A stretch of DNA of 16,164 bases from a virus, in the UHGV virus genome UHGV-0142489. One strand, given 5' to 3'. The position numbers and the translations under genes are program-made. Under the pieces are notes generated by a model. That model ran no database searches. It was not told the DNA's origin and saw only the letters and a program-made list of their open reading frames with translations. Shown one piece after another: positions 5,796-14,924 of the stretch (within the stretch, counting starts at the first letter, position 1; each line of letters begins with the position of its first letter).

Positions 5796-7598
5796 TTAAC
5801 CTCTCAAGAAACACGCCACAGCGACATCAAACAGGCTGGAATCCTGTATTGCCTGCTCACTTTCCCTGTTCGCTTCATCCAGTACTTCACGCGCACTGCG
5901 CGATTGTGGATTACCATCATCATCCAGCACGGTGATTATCATGTCAGGTGATTCAAGCAGCGAGTCTTCAGCTATGCGCAGATCAATATCTCCTGCCTTA
6001 TCTGACATCATTTTTTGTTCTGCCTGTTGCAATATTTTATCAGGCTCAAAAGGAGCTACTTCGTCTGGCGTCCTGACCTCTGCTGTTTTATAGAATGAAA
6101 CAGCCTGAGCATTAAGTTCACTTTCTGCCTGCTGTCTCCGAGCCAGTTCTGCTCGAGCTTCAAAAAGCTGACCGCCAGGCTCGTGCGGTGCCAACGCGTT
6201 ACGGGAAAATTCCAGGCGTTCTTGTGCCTGCCGGATTCGTTGATCAATATCGCGAAGTCTGGCCTGTTTATCTGATCGAGCACGAGACAAAGCTTTACCG
6301 CTACCGGTTGGCTCTTCTGCAAGAATTTGTGCACGCTGTTCAGTGAGATTTTCAATAATTCGTTGGCTATTAGCGATTTCAGACTGGTAAACCTGTCTAT
6401 CTCCACGCGGCAAAAGCTGCGCGGCCTGTTCTTCAAGCAACCGATTTTCTATAGCACGCGCCGTTACTCCATCATCTACAGATGACAGAGCCTCATTAAC
6501 TGCCTGAGACAGCAGACTCTTGCGCCCAGGAATTTCACTGAAAGATGCAGACTCAACAATGCTGGCAACGTCTACAGGTCTCCCCTGGCTAACATCAGAC
6601 ATAGCTTTTCGCAGAGCCTGAATGTGAGAATTGCGCGAAAGCACGTTGATCGGCACGCCGGGCGCAATATCAATTTCAGCATGATGAGCGGCATTCGCCG
6701 CCAGTGCAGCATCGATATCAACTGGTGAAAAATTTGGTGCGTTTGTAGACTCGCCGCGAGAGTTAATAAATCTGCCGACACCACCAAACGCCACCCCAAG
6801 AACAGCATCAATAGCAATTGCCTGTCGATCCAACACATCATACTGGTTAGCCATTTCGCTATAGCCACCATCACGAAGTGTTTTTGCAGTAAGCCCACGC
6901 TGTGCCATACCGAACGCAATATTTGTACCTGCGGCATAGGCAATATCTGGCGTTGCACGTACTGCTGTTGCTGCGGCGCGTCGCACTGAACTCTCACCCG
7001 TCCGCGCAAGCTGAGCCGCCACACCTTCCGCCAGCGCACCACCAGCACGTAACCCGAGGCTCATAGGGATCAGTGTTCCGGCACCAGCAGTAATGCCCTG
7101 CACTAATCCCGCTTCCTGCGCCGTCCTGAAATCAACACCCTGTGCTGTCAGCCGTTCAAACTCAGAAAAACCCTGTAGCGAAGTTACCGCCGCCGCACCT
7201 CCGACAGGACCACCGAGCGTTGTACCGACAACAGCCTGCCCGCCCATATCGAACAACCCATAAAGAACCTGCCCGGCGGTTCCGGTTGTCGCGGCATCAG
7301 GCGTCAGCCGCTTAACCTGCTGCTCTGCTAGTTTTCTCTGCTCGGCAATGTATGAAACTGAAGTATCATTGAGCGAGGTGTTTTCGTTAATAAACTGAGC
7401 AATCGGGGATACGATTTTATCCATCCCTGCCCATAGCAACTGATCTGGCTTTGCCACCAGCCCGGAGTACAAACCAGACAATGCCGCTCCTACAGCATTG
7501 TCGAAAAAACCAACATCGCTGTTAAAGCCCGCTGGATTTGATGCTGCTTCGTCAAGTTGCTGATTCTGGTTTACTGGATTAAGGCCAAAGTAACTCAT
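5796..7598 (-). CDS. Internal virion protein, 600 aa, with Gly/Ala-rich N-terminal third
   Basis: ATG at 7598 overlaps the TGA of the upstream gene (ATGA, 4-nt overlap). Gly/Ala-rich low-complexity segments (GTTLGGPVGGAAAVTSL, GITAGAGTLIPMSLGLRAGGALAEGVAAQLARTG) followed by a charged, coiled-coil-like C-terminal half. Confidence 0.75.
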   Translation of the reverse strand: MSYFGLNPVNQNQQLDEAASNPAGFNSDVGFFDNAVGAALSGLYSGLVAKPDQLLWAGMDKIVSPIAQFINENTSLNDTSVSYIAEQRKLAEQQVKRLTPDAATTGTAGQVLYGLFDMGGQAVVGTTLGGPVGGAAAVTSLQGFSEFERLTAQGVDFRTAQEAGLVQGITAGAGTLIPMSLGLRAGGALAEGVAAQLARTGESSVRRAAATAVRATPDIAYAAGTNIAFGMAQRGLTAKTLRDGGYSEMANQYDVLDRQAIAIDAVLGVAFGGVGRFINSRGESTNAPNFSPVDIDAALAANAAHHAEIDIAPGVPINVLSRNSHIQALRKAMSDVSQGRPVDVASIVESASFSEIPGRKSLLSQAVNEALSSVDDGVTARAIENRLLEEQAAQLLPRGDRQVYQSEIANSQRIIENLTEQRAQILAEEPTGSGKALSRARSDKQARLRDIDQRIRQAQERLEFSRNALAPHEPGGQLFEARAELARRQQAESELNAQAVSFYKTAEVRTPDEVAPFEPDKILQQAEQKMMSDKAGDIDLRIAEDSLLESPDMIITVLDDDGNPQSRSAREVLDEANRESEQAIQDSSLFDVAVACFLRG

Positions 7599-10108
7599 TG
7601 CGGAATATCTCCGGAGAATCTCTGACGCTTCTGTGTCAGATCAAGAACAACAGGAGAACCATCATCTTTCAGCAGATAACCAGTACCAAGTTTCACCAGG
7701 TACTGACTATCGCCGTAACTTTGCAAACCATACTGACCAGGCGGTGTTTTTATCCCGGTGCCGACCACTTGTTCATTCCAAGCCTGATTAACCTGCTTAT
7801 CGAATTGCTCTGCAGACATTCCCCACGGCAAAAGGACATTCCCCATTCCGTTATAGTCATGCACGCCACCTGTAGCTACGTTAACAGCCTGCTTCCAGAT
7901 ATCAGTGTCAATTTCGCCTGATATCACGCCTTTTTTCGCCATCACACCAGCGTAATAGTCCTTTGCGATCTCGTATGCCATTGATGCCCCCTGAGCATCA
8001 CCAGCAAATGCATCCTTCACCATGTCAGAAAACTCAAGGCGAAGATCAGCATCTTTAGGCATCGGAATACCTTTCGCATCATCAGTACCTTTACGAGCCG
8101 CCGCGCCAGTAAGAATTGTCTGCGCAGCGGTTTCAGGAGACACGGAAACATCCGGATTAAACCAGTTTTTTTCTGCCAAAATACCACCAGGCTTGTCCAT
8201 CAGTATCCCGGCAACGGCAGCAGATGGAGCGTTGGCACTGATCTGCTGTAGTGCTGACATATACACCTGCCCACCACCAGTGCTCTGCCTGATGGTATCG
8301 AGATATGCTGCCTGTTGGGAAACTGGAGCATCACGAAAGAAAACACCGATCTGATTGGCCTCGTCTTTGGAAAAGAACGTCAGTGGAGTGCCATATGACT
8401 TAGCAAGGTCACTGACCTGAGCAGCACGCAAGGCAACGCTCTGTCCAAAGTTATCCTTATTGCTCATGTCGATAGGCTTTGCCTGTCCGGCGGCAAGAGA
8501 GAACTGTACAGGATCAGCCTGTCGCTGCTTTATCACCTGACTTGCAGCCGACACAACGTTGTCATAAAGAGCGGCTCGTGCCGCATAACCCTCCCCTGTC
8601 TCACCAGTATCCGGGCGTAATTGCTCAACATATGCTGTAATGCTGCTTGTCGGCATGTTGCGGAAAGAGCCTATATACTGTCCGGCGATTTGCGTATTTC
8701 TGAACTCGGTATATCGCAGGTTTCCTTCTCTGACTCCATAAGCTGCAATAAAATCAGCCTCACCAGGTGGGTTAGGAAATTCAACGCCCCGCATATACGC
8801 AGCTGTCGCATCGCGAACCTTGCTGTCAATCATCGTTTTATATTCAGCCTGCTGCTGCCGACGCAGTTGATCCGCCTGTCGCATAAAACTTGCCTGCGCC
8901 TCAGGAGATGCCGCATCGAATGCTGCATTACCGGTATAGCGTTTGGTGTTGGTTGGAATTGTTGATAAACCAAGTGCTGCACTGACACCAGCAGTTAACT
9001 GCTGATCACTGTATGGCTGGCTACCGTTCTCATGATGGATAATGGCTGCACAAAGCGCCTTCAGGGTATCAGGATTTGATGCATCGAGAGGCTCATCAGC
9101 AGAAACGCCAAGTTGTTCGCACACTGCTTTGATATACGACATAGTGTCATTTTTATCAGTAGGCGGTGCCCAGCGATTAATTATCTCGCTGACGGTATCA
9201 ATACCCTGCCGCTGATACGACATCAGGTTCCGCCCTAATGCACGAATCCCGTGTTCAGGTGTTTCGAATTTAGCAAATCTACCATCATCACCGGTCTGGC
9301 CTACCCACGGATTAGTTTTGCTGTATTCGAGATTTCCGGGGTTATTGTTGCGTATGCCACGGACACGCTCGGAAGAGCCACTATCTGTTACAGCACGGCG
9401 AGCTCCAGCAGCAGTATCACTTAACTCGCCATTACTTTGGATGAATGCGGTCGCATTGTTTGCCGACCACTGGGACAATGCTGCATCAGCAACCTTCTCT
9501 TTAAACTCGATTTTCTTGGTCTGTATTTGCTCGTCGCTCCAGCCATGTGCAGCACCGTACTCCTCAATTTGCTGGAAAGTTTGCTTATTAGCCAATACGT
9601 ATGCGGCATTGTCGCCATACAATGCTGCGGCATTTTTACCATTGTTCAGCAGCGTCGCCTGAAACTGACCTTCTTCGTAGGCATTAATTTGCCCTATCTC
9701 GTGCCGCCCGGCCTGCGTAGTGAACTGAATGCGCTGCTGCTGCGCCTGCTGCATGAAAGCATTACGAGCCTGTTCATCCGGCAGCGACATAGCCAGTTGT
9801 TCGACCTGAGCATCAAACTGCTGCGTATACTCATGGCCTTTTCCAATAGCATTTTTCCCTTTCAGGTTAAGCAAACCTGTTTCAGGGTTATTCAGCAGAT
9901 CACTGCTTATCTGACTGAGGTTAAGAGATGCCTCCTGAGCCAGAGCGATATTGGCACGCTGTTTTGCCTGCCCCAAAACATCAATTGCCTCTGTCCCTGC
10001 CCGAACAAAAGCATCACCAATACCTGGCTGAGAAAACGTCTGCAAGCCTGCTGACTGAACTCCACGGCTCTCAACCTGGCGTCCGGATACTGTTGGTACG
10101 ACTGGCAT
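7595..10108 (-). CDS. Large internal virion protein, 837 aa
   Basis: ORF-track frame 7595..10183 trimmed to the ATG at 10108, which has GGAGG 6 nt upstream and overlaps the TAA of the upstream gene by 1 nt (TAATG). The longer form would overlap the upstream gene by 76 nt. Contains a conserved-looking block GIRNNNPGNLEYSKTNPWVGQTGDDGRFAKFETPEHGIRALGRNL (residues ~250-295). Confidence 0.75.
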   Translation of the reverse strand: MPVVPTVSGRQVESRGVQSAGLQTFSQPGIGDAFVRAGTEAIDVLGQAKQRANIALAQEASLNLSQISSDLLNNPETGLLNLKGKNAIGKGHEYTQQFDAQVEQLAMSLPDEQARNAFMQQAQQQRIQFTTQAGRHEIGQINAYEEGQFQATLLNNGKNAAALYGDNAAYVLANKQTFQQIEEYGAAHGWSDEQIQTKKIEFKEKVADAALSQWSANNATAFIQSNGELSDTAAGARRAVTDSGSSERVRGIRNNNPGNLEYSKTNPWVGQTGDDGRFAKFETPEHGIRALGRNLMSYQRQGIDTVSEIINRWAPPTDKNDTMSYIKAVCEQLGVSADEPLDASNPDTLKALCAAIIHHENGSQPYSDQQLTAGVSAALGLSTIPTNTKRYTGNAAFDAASPEAQASFMRQADQLRRQQQAEYKTMIDSKVRDATAAYMRGVEFPNPPGEADFIAAYGVREGNLRYTEFRNTQIAGQYIGSFRNMPTSSITAYVEQLRPDTGETGEGYAARAALYDNVVSAASQVIKQRQADPVQFSLAAGQAKPIDMSNKDNFGQSVALRAAQVSDLAKSYGTPLTFFSKDEANQIGVFFRDAPVSQQAAYLDTIRQSTGGGQVYMSALQQISANAPSAAVAGILMDKPGGILAEKNWFNPDVSVSPETAAQTILTGAAARKGTDDAKGIPMPKDADLRLEFSDMVKDAFAGDAQGASMAYEIAKDYYAGVMAKKGVISGEIDTDIWKQAVNVATGGVHDYNGMGNVLLPWGMSAEQFDKQVNQAWNEQVVGTGIKTPPGQYGLQSYGDSQYLVKLGTGYLLKDDGSPVVLDLTQKRQRFSGDIPQ

Positions 10109-10653
10109 TATAATCCTCCGGGTAATCTGGTTCCTGCTGCTGCCCCGATTGGCGCAGGGGTGCTTTGAGTAAACGGACTCCACGTCCCACCAAACATCTG
10201 GTACGCACCGTATGCCTTCAGAGGCGCAGTGAGCAATGTTGTTGCTGCTCCCACATTCCCCTGTTTACGGGCTGAACTGGCTTCTGCTTTATAGTTGGCA
10301 GCCTGAACCTGATAACCGTAAGCCTCGCGTTGCGCGTTATTCACCGTCGTCAGCGAATCAAGAGCGCCAAACTGAGCAGTGTCACCAAATATATCCAGCG
10401 CGTTACCGGTAGATAAATCAGCGCCGGTAGCCCCCATTGTCGCCGCCTGTGTACCAAGCCGCTGTCGGGTCTCTCTGCGCCGTTGCTCAGCTTCAGCGTT
10501 ACCCCTGTTTATTGCATCATTTGCCTGAGCTGTGGCTATATCTGCGTTCGCTTCTGCAACCTTCGAGGCATACTTTCCCTGTTGGTACTGGGTGTATGCC
10601 TGAATGCCACTCATGGCGAGCATTGCGCCACCAGCAATAACCGGATCGCACAT
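10108..10653 (-). CDS. Internal virion protein, 181 aa
   Basis: ATG at 10653 with GGAGAG upstream, overlapping the TAA of the upstream gene (TAATG). Ala/Gln-rich with a hydrophobic N-terminus (VIAGGAMLAMSGI). Size and position resemble T7 gp14-type core proteins. Confidence 0.7.
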   Translation of the reverse strand: MCDPVIAGGAMLAMSGIQAYTQYQQGKYASKVAEANADIATAQANDAINRGNAEAEQRRRETRQRLGTQAATMGATGADLSTGNALDIFGDTAQFGALDSLTTVNNAQREAYGYQVQAANYKAEASSARKQGNVGAATTLLTAPLKAYGAYQMFGGTWSPFTQSTPAPIGAAAGTRLPGGL

Positions 10654-11117
10654 TATTTTCTCTCCATGTGAAATCTGTGGAAATTAAGACCAAGAGCACC
10701 ATAAGGCGCGGCTTCTTCAAGCCTGAATCCAAGCCAGTGCAGCCATGCTTTGGCAACATGGTTTCGCTCGTCGACATAGTTTTCCAGGCGCGGATAAACT
10801 GCCAGCATCTGCTGCAATACAGGGCGGCAGTGGCGAAGAAATGTCTTCTGATATTTTTCGATACGGCTGGTTCCGACCAGCCAGGGCGTACCATTGCCAC
10901 CGATCATTGACGCCGGAGATACGCCAAACATGGTTACCAGTTCTCCGTTCGCAAATCCTGACCAGGCCATAGTCGCAGTACGCAGACCAACACGCAGCGC
11001 ATCTTCGGTAGTCATCAGCGATACCGCATACAGTTCGTCAATATCAGCCTGACGAACATCCGGCAAAATCATCTGAAGATGCTCTTCGGTAGCGGGAATA
11101 ATTTGAACGTCGATCAT
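10653..11117 (-). CDS. Virion-associated protein, 154 aa (position equivalent to T7 gp13)
   Basis: ATG at 11117 overlapping the TGA of the tail tubular B gene (TGATG). Immediately downstream of the tubular pair, as gene 13 is in T7-type phages. Function not recognisable from the sequence. Confidence 0.65.
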   Translation of the reverse strand: MIDVQIIPATEEHLQMILPDVRQADIDELYAVSLMTTEDALRVGLRTATMAWSGFANGELVTMFGVSPASMIGGNGTPWLVGTSRIEKYQKTFLRHCRPVLQQMLAVYPRLENYVDERNHVAKAWLHWLGFRLEEAAPYGALGLNFHRFHMERK

Positions 11118-13594
11118 CAGAATCCCCCAACAGTAAGGCGAGGAATAACGGCAAGAACAGACAGCGGCAACGGGTCAAGCTGACGGATTTTTACACGTCC
11201 GTTTTTGCCCCAGTTACTGTCCAGTTTCACTTCTACTTTTCCGGTAGCATCATCAACAGGATCATCGTAGAACTCGAATTCACGCTGTGGATATTCGTAC
11301 CATTTACCGCCAGGCGTAGTCGCCCAGATGCCGCGACTGGCGTTGACCACTAGTGTCACGGTATTGATCAGCTGTTTCTTATCGAGCAGCGTCTCCTGCC
11401 CGTTAATATTGATGTCCAGGGTTTCAAACTGGGCGTTAATCGGCAGTCCGATGTGGACCACGGCGCCGGGTTTCTCCAGCGTAACGGCGCCGCCGGTGAC
11501 GACTTTCTGCGGCTCTACGCTGGCGTCAGACAGTACATTCACGGTCTGTCCTTCGAGGTGATCGAGTCCGGCGAATGTCTGGCGGGCCATGTACCAGTTA
11601 GTGGTGGCGGTATTGCGCAGGGCAGGAGGAATATTCCGGTTGGCTGTGACGGTTACCGAGTTGCCGCTTTCAACCGAAATAATGTCGCAGCGCAGCTGCA
11701 TGGCAACGGCGCTACCATCTTCAGGATCGGTTCCTGTGTAGGGGAACTGGATCTGTGCGCCGACGTCTCCTGCGGTAAAATAGCTGGCCCCGCTCATCGT
11801 CAGGGTATACGGCACCTGATAACTCCAGTCCCCGCTTCCACCGGTTATAGTCGCCGCCCGGCTGCCGGTGTTGCGTCCGTCATAGGTCAGTCCGCTGTCG
11901 ACAAAGAAAGCGTCAAGGTCATCGGTGAACTGGCGGCTTGCCAGCCTCTCGATATAGCGTTTCGTCTGGCCGTTGATAGTGCGGTTAACCACGAAATAGA
12001 TCGCATCCTCGCTGCCTTCACTGATACCGCAAGTGCTCTCATATTTCCCGGCGCTGGATTGCGGAGACCAGGCGAAAACCTGCTGATCGCGCAGATAGGT
12101 CAGCACCAGCAATTTTCCATCATCACGCACGCAGAACGCGCTGGAGAACGGGACAATACAAAACGCCCAGTCGACAATGCTGCGCTTCTGGAAAAGGTGA
12201 TTAGCAAGGATTGTCAGGTCGTTGCCCTGGAATCCATCCACATCAAACGAGTAGGCCAGATCCCGCACGACGCTGCCCTTCTCCTGGATAAAGAGCGCGA
12301 TATTCGAAACTGCGATAGGTGGGACATCGCTGCAGCCGTTTGAGCCCTGAGAACTCAGGGAGAATGCAGAAGGCGTAAGCACTTTATTCTGGTCACCGGT
12401 CACAACAAACTCACCGCCGGAGGTCAGAACAACCAGCGATCCAACATCGATAAGGTGGCGAATTTCGTTAACCTGCCGGCCAGCGTAGGTATAAACGATC
12501 CTGTCATCGTCCTGCGTCGGGTTACTCTTGCCGAAGTCTTTATAGTCACCGGTACGGCTGGCCCAGATGGTTTGCGGATAGGCAGGGGATGCAGCGAAGT
12601 ACAGCCTCTGCTGGTAGTAGACGACCGTCGCCGGATAGCCATTGACGCTGTTCCACGCATAGCGTGCCCACTTGTAGCTGGCCTTGTCAGCCCCGACAAC
12701 GTTCTCAGGGATACGAGAAACCACATCAGCGGTTGCAGTCAGGCCGTCACCGGCGACGGCAGTGATCCGCACAATGCCAAAACCACTATGCAGGTATTCC
12801 CACTGCACGCCTGTATCATCATCGCCGGTTCCGCCCCAGCCATCCCACGCCATACCTTCGGTGTGTGATGGGCGTAACGTCCCGGTTTTTCCTTCGGTAT
12901 TGGCGCGATAGTAGTTGCTGTCGGCGCGCCGGATATCCTCGATCGATGTGCTCTTGCTGGTTTCCCATACTGGTACAGAGTCAACGGCTGGCTGCTCGAG
13001 GTAGAACAGCTTTCCGACCTGCTCGGCGCCGAATATTGCAGAGCTCGAGGTCAGAGTGATTGTGCCAGTAGTGGCGCTGGCCCAGACAGTTTTGGACTCG
13101 TCGACATTGATATCTTCAAACGGGCCGTTAGTTGTCTGCACATCGACGATCTGCCAGTTGTCATGCGCATACCGGCGCAATTCTTTAGGCGGATAGGACG
13201 GGTGCACGATCGTCATCACATCGGCGCTTTGGGTGAATTTCAGGCCGAAAACATCATTTTCTGTATAAGGTGTCGCCAGCTCGTAGATTACATTGCCGGT
13301 GGTCAGCACCAGGCCGCCGTCTTTGATGACGCGCATGTAATTGTGGCCAAACTCCAGCGCATAGGTCTGCACCGTCGAAAACTGGAAAGGGATAAGGCGG
13401 CATTTGCGATCCGGGTATTTCGCCGCGGCGATGAACTGCGTGCCCGGGCGGTTCTCTACCCCGCCATACTGCCGCACGATAAAGTTATCGCACTTGCGCA
13501 GCGCCACCTGGTACTTGGCCATATCGATGCGGCCATAGAGCGATGGAGCAATTTCTCCACCTGAGAAGCTCGGTTGTATCCAGCTAACAGCCAT
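11117..13594 (-). CDS. Tail tubular protein B (T7 gp12-like), ~825 aa
   Basis: The N-terminus (SWIQPSFSGGEIAPSLYGRID ... GGVENRPG) follows the pattern I remember for T7 gp12, and the size is close to gp12 (~800 aa). It follows the tubular protein A gene directly. Start set at ATG 13594 (1-nt TGATG overlap with the upstream stop); the track's GTG at 13600 is the alternative. Confidence 0.8.
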   Translation of the reverse strand: MAVSWIQPSFSGGEIAPSLYGRIDMAKYQVALRKCDNFIVRQYGGVENRPGTQFIAAAKYPDRKCRLIPFQFSTVQTYALEFGHNYMRVIKDGGLVLTTGNVIYELATPYTENDVFGLKFTQSADVMTIVHPSYPPKELRRYAHDNWQIVDVQTTNGPFEDINVDESKTVWASATTGTITLTSSSAIFGAEQVGKLFYLEQPAVDSVPVWETSKSTSIEDIRRADSNYYRANTEGKTGTLRPSHTEGMAWDGWGGTGDDDTGVQWEYLHSGFGIVRITAVAGDGLTATADVVSRIPENVVGADKASYKWARYAWNSVNGYPATVVYYQQRLYFAASPAYPQTIWASRTGDYKDFGKSNPTQDDDRIVYTYAGRQVNEIRHLIDVGSLVVLTSGGEFVVTGDQNKVLTPSAFSLSSQGSNGCSDVPPIAVSNIALFIQEKGSVVRDLAYSFDVDGFQGNDLTILANHLFQKRSIVDWAFCIVPFSSAFCVRDDGKLLVLTYLRDQQVFAWSPQSSAGKYESTCGISEGSEDAIYFVVNRTINGQTKRYIERLASRQFTDDLDAFFVDSGLTYDGRNTGSRAATITGGSGDWSYQVPYTLTMSGASYFTAGDVGAQIQFPYTGTDPEDGSAVAMQLRCDIISVESGNSVTVTANRNIPPALRNTATTNWYMARQTFAGLDHLEGQTVNVLSDASVEPQKVVTGGAVTLEKPGAVVHIGLPINAQFETLDININGQETLLDKKQLINTVTLVVNASRGIWATTPGGKWYEYPQREFEFYDDPVDDATGKVEVKLDSNWGKNGRVKIRQLDPLPLSVLAVIPRLTVGGF

Positions 13595-14199
13595 CAGCAC
13601 ATCCTCGCTACGGTAAACGGATCGTCAGGCATTTGCGGTTCCTGCGATTCGTTCATGCTGTGAGAGCCAGCGCTGAGGATGATCCGGCTATACATGCTCA
13701 GGGCATTATTGCCAAGGTCGGCATTACCCGTGAGAACCATGTTAATAGCCGCGGCCAGGCGCCAGGATAGAGCCTCCTGGAAGATGGAATCGAACATGTT
13801 CACGTCGGTGATGCGGGCAACATACCGAAGCCAGGCCTGCGGCAGATCGGTGTAAATCAGGCGCCCCGTGCCGGCGCTGTCCGCGCCGACCACGTACTGC
13901 ACGCGCATAGCAGCCGTCGGATACCGTACGCCAGGCAGCGGGATCTCAATAATACGGAGGCAGTCAGTGGGATAGGTATACGCATAATCCCAGTCCTGCG
14001 GCGGGTTATTGGTGTCAGCCAGCGCGATATTCTTGGTCGCAAAATTCCAGTCAAAATCGGCCAGGACAGCATCACGAATCGACTCGTAATACAGGGAGCA
14101 TTGCCCGGCTTCTTTGCTGGCTTCCTCCAGGCTGTTGATGCTCCGGTTATTACCGATGTTGCTCAGCGCCCGGTTGCAGATCTCAATGACAGAGGCCAT
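13594..14199 (-). CDS. Tail tubular protein A (T7 gp11-like), 201 aa
   Basis: Size ~200 aa; N-terminal ICNRALSNIG...SINSLEE, a central DFDWNF block and C-terminal EALSWRLAAAIN parallel the T7 gp11 pattern as I remember it. Lies immediately upstream of tubular protein B. ATG at 14199 overlaps the upstream TAA (TAATG). Confidence 0.8.
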   Translation of the reverse strand: MASVIEICNRALSNIGNNRSINSLEEASKEAGQCSLYYESIRDAVLADFDWNFATKNIALADTNNPPQDWDYAYTYPTDCLRIIEIPLPGVRYPTAAMRVQYVVGADSAGTGRLIYTDLPQAWLRYVARITDVNMFDSIFQEALSWRLAAAINMVLTGNADLGNNALSMYSRIILSAGSHSMNESQEPQMPDDPFTVARMC

Positions 14200-14522
14200 T
14201 ACTCGCCCCCTTCACCGTAAAGCGTCTGCGCCGCCGTCTTCGGTGCCTCACCTGAAACAGGTGCCAGCGCCATATCGGTGATTTGCAGATCCGCGCTGCG
14301 GAAAGTGCCATCGTCGCCTTCACGCGCCGAAATACCCTTAATCACTGCTTTTGCGGTGATCATCACCTCAGTGCCTACATTCTGTGGCTGCGCTTTCAGC
14401 TTGTTCAGGGTGTCATTGTTCAGCGTGATGCACAGCCCCCACGGATATTCGTCGCGGGTTTTGGTCTGGCCGCTTTCATCCTGGTAGCTGTCGGTGCCGG
14501 TTTTGAGATTGACCATTTCCAT
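14199..14522 (-). CDS. Hypothetical small virion protein, 107 aa
   Basis: ATG at 14522 with GGAG 6 nt upstream. First gene after the inter-module hairpin and translationally coupled to the tubular A gene. Acidic and hydrophilic. Confidence 0.65.
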   Translation of the reverse strand: MEMVNLKTGTDSYQDESGQTKTRDEYPWGLCITLNNDTLNKLKAQPQNVGTEVMITAKAVIKGISAREGDDGTFRSADLQITDMALAPVSGEAPKTAAQTLYGEGGE

Positions 14523-14530
14523 AGAACGCT

Positions 14531-14557
14531 CCTACAAGAAAGGGGCCGAAGCCCCCT
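14531..14557 (-). terminator. Candidate partial intrinsic terminator / RNA-stabilising hairpin between head and tail gene blocks
   Basis: GC stem GGGGC/GCCCC with CGAA loop (plus-strand 14542-14555). On the minus strand it is followed by TTTCTTGT, and it sits between the stop of the 113-aa gene (14573) and the ribosome-binding site of the 107-aa gene. Comparable in position to terminator T-phi after the capsid gene in T7. Confidence 0.45.
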
Positions 14558-14572
14558 GGTTTATTCTGAGGC

Positions 14573-14914
14573 TCAGACGCCTAAATCTTTTCGCTTTTCG
14601 TCGATCTTCTCGCGCAGCGTTTCGGCTTTGGTGTTGTGATGCGGCTTCTCGTTAAAGAGCAACTCGTACTCTTCGCGGAGCTTATCCAGCTCGTCATCGC
14701 CACCACCGCCTTCGTTCAGCGGCTCAGGTTTAACAACAGCAGGAGCCACAACCTTTTGCGTTGCCTTCGCCTTTGCTTCCTTCGCCGCTTCGTTCAGCGG
14801 CTCCAGCGCCGAGCCAGGCACCCCGTCATACTCAATCTCTGAACCCTCCGGCCAGAGGTTGTTATGGATATGGGACAGACGCAGCACGCGGTATTTTGCT
14901 TTTTCAGCTGACAT
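14573..14914 (-). CDS. Hypothetical charged protein, 113 aa (K/E-rich with a GGGG linker)
   Basis: ATG at 14914 with a strong AAGGAG 5 nt upstream. Highly charged low-complexity C-terminal half (EAAKEAKAKATQK ... NEGGGGDDELDKLREEYE ... REKIDEKRKDLGV). Located in the head gene block. Confidence 0.7.
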   Translation of the reverse strand: MSAEKAKYRVLRLSHIHNNLWPEGSEIEYDGVPGSALEPLNEAAKEAKAKATQKVVAPAVVKPEPLNEGGGGDDELDKLREEYELLFNEKPHHNTKAETLREKIDEKRKDLGV

Positions 14915-14924
14915 CGATATCTCC

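Noticed and set aside
10109-10183. N-terminal extension of the 837-aa gene (track start at 10183)
   Set aside because: It would overlap the upstream gene by 76 nt, whereas the internal ATG at 10108 has GGAGG upstream and gives the same 1-nt TAATG overlap seen at the neighbouring junctions.
11453-12343. Long antisense ORFs inside the structural genes (296 aa at 11453-12343; also 9437-10054, 4304-4765, 6572-7048, 6056-6436, 12455-12868, 14859-15380 and others)
   Set aside because: They lie wholly within much longer, coherent opposite-strand genes, are rich in Arg/Ala/Gly as expected for reverse frames of GC-rich coding DNA, and lack ribosome-binding sites.
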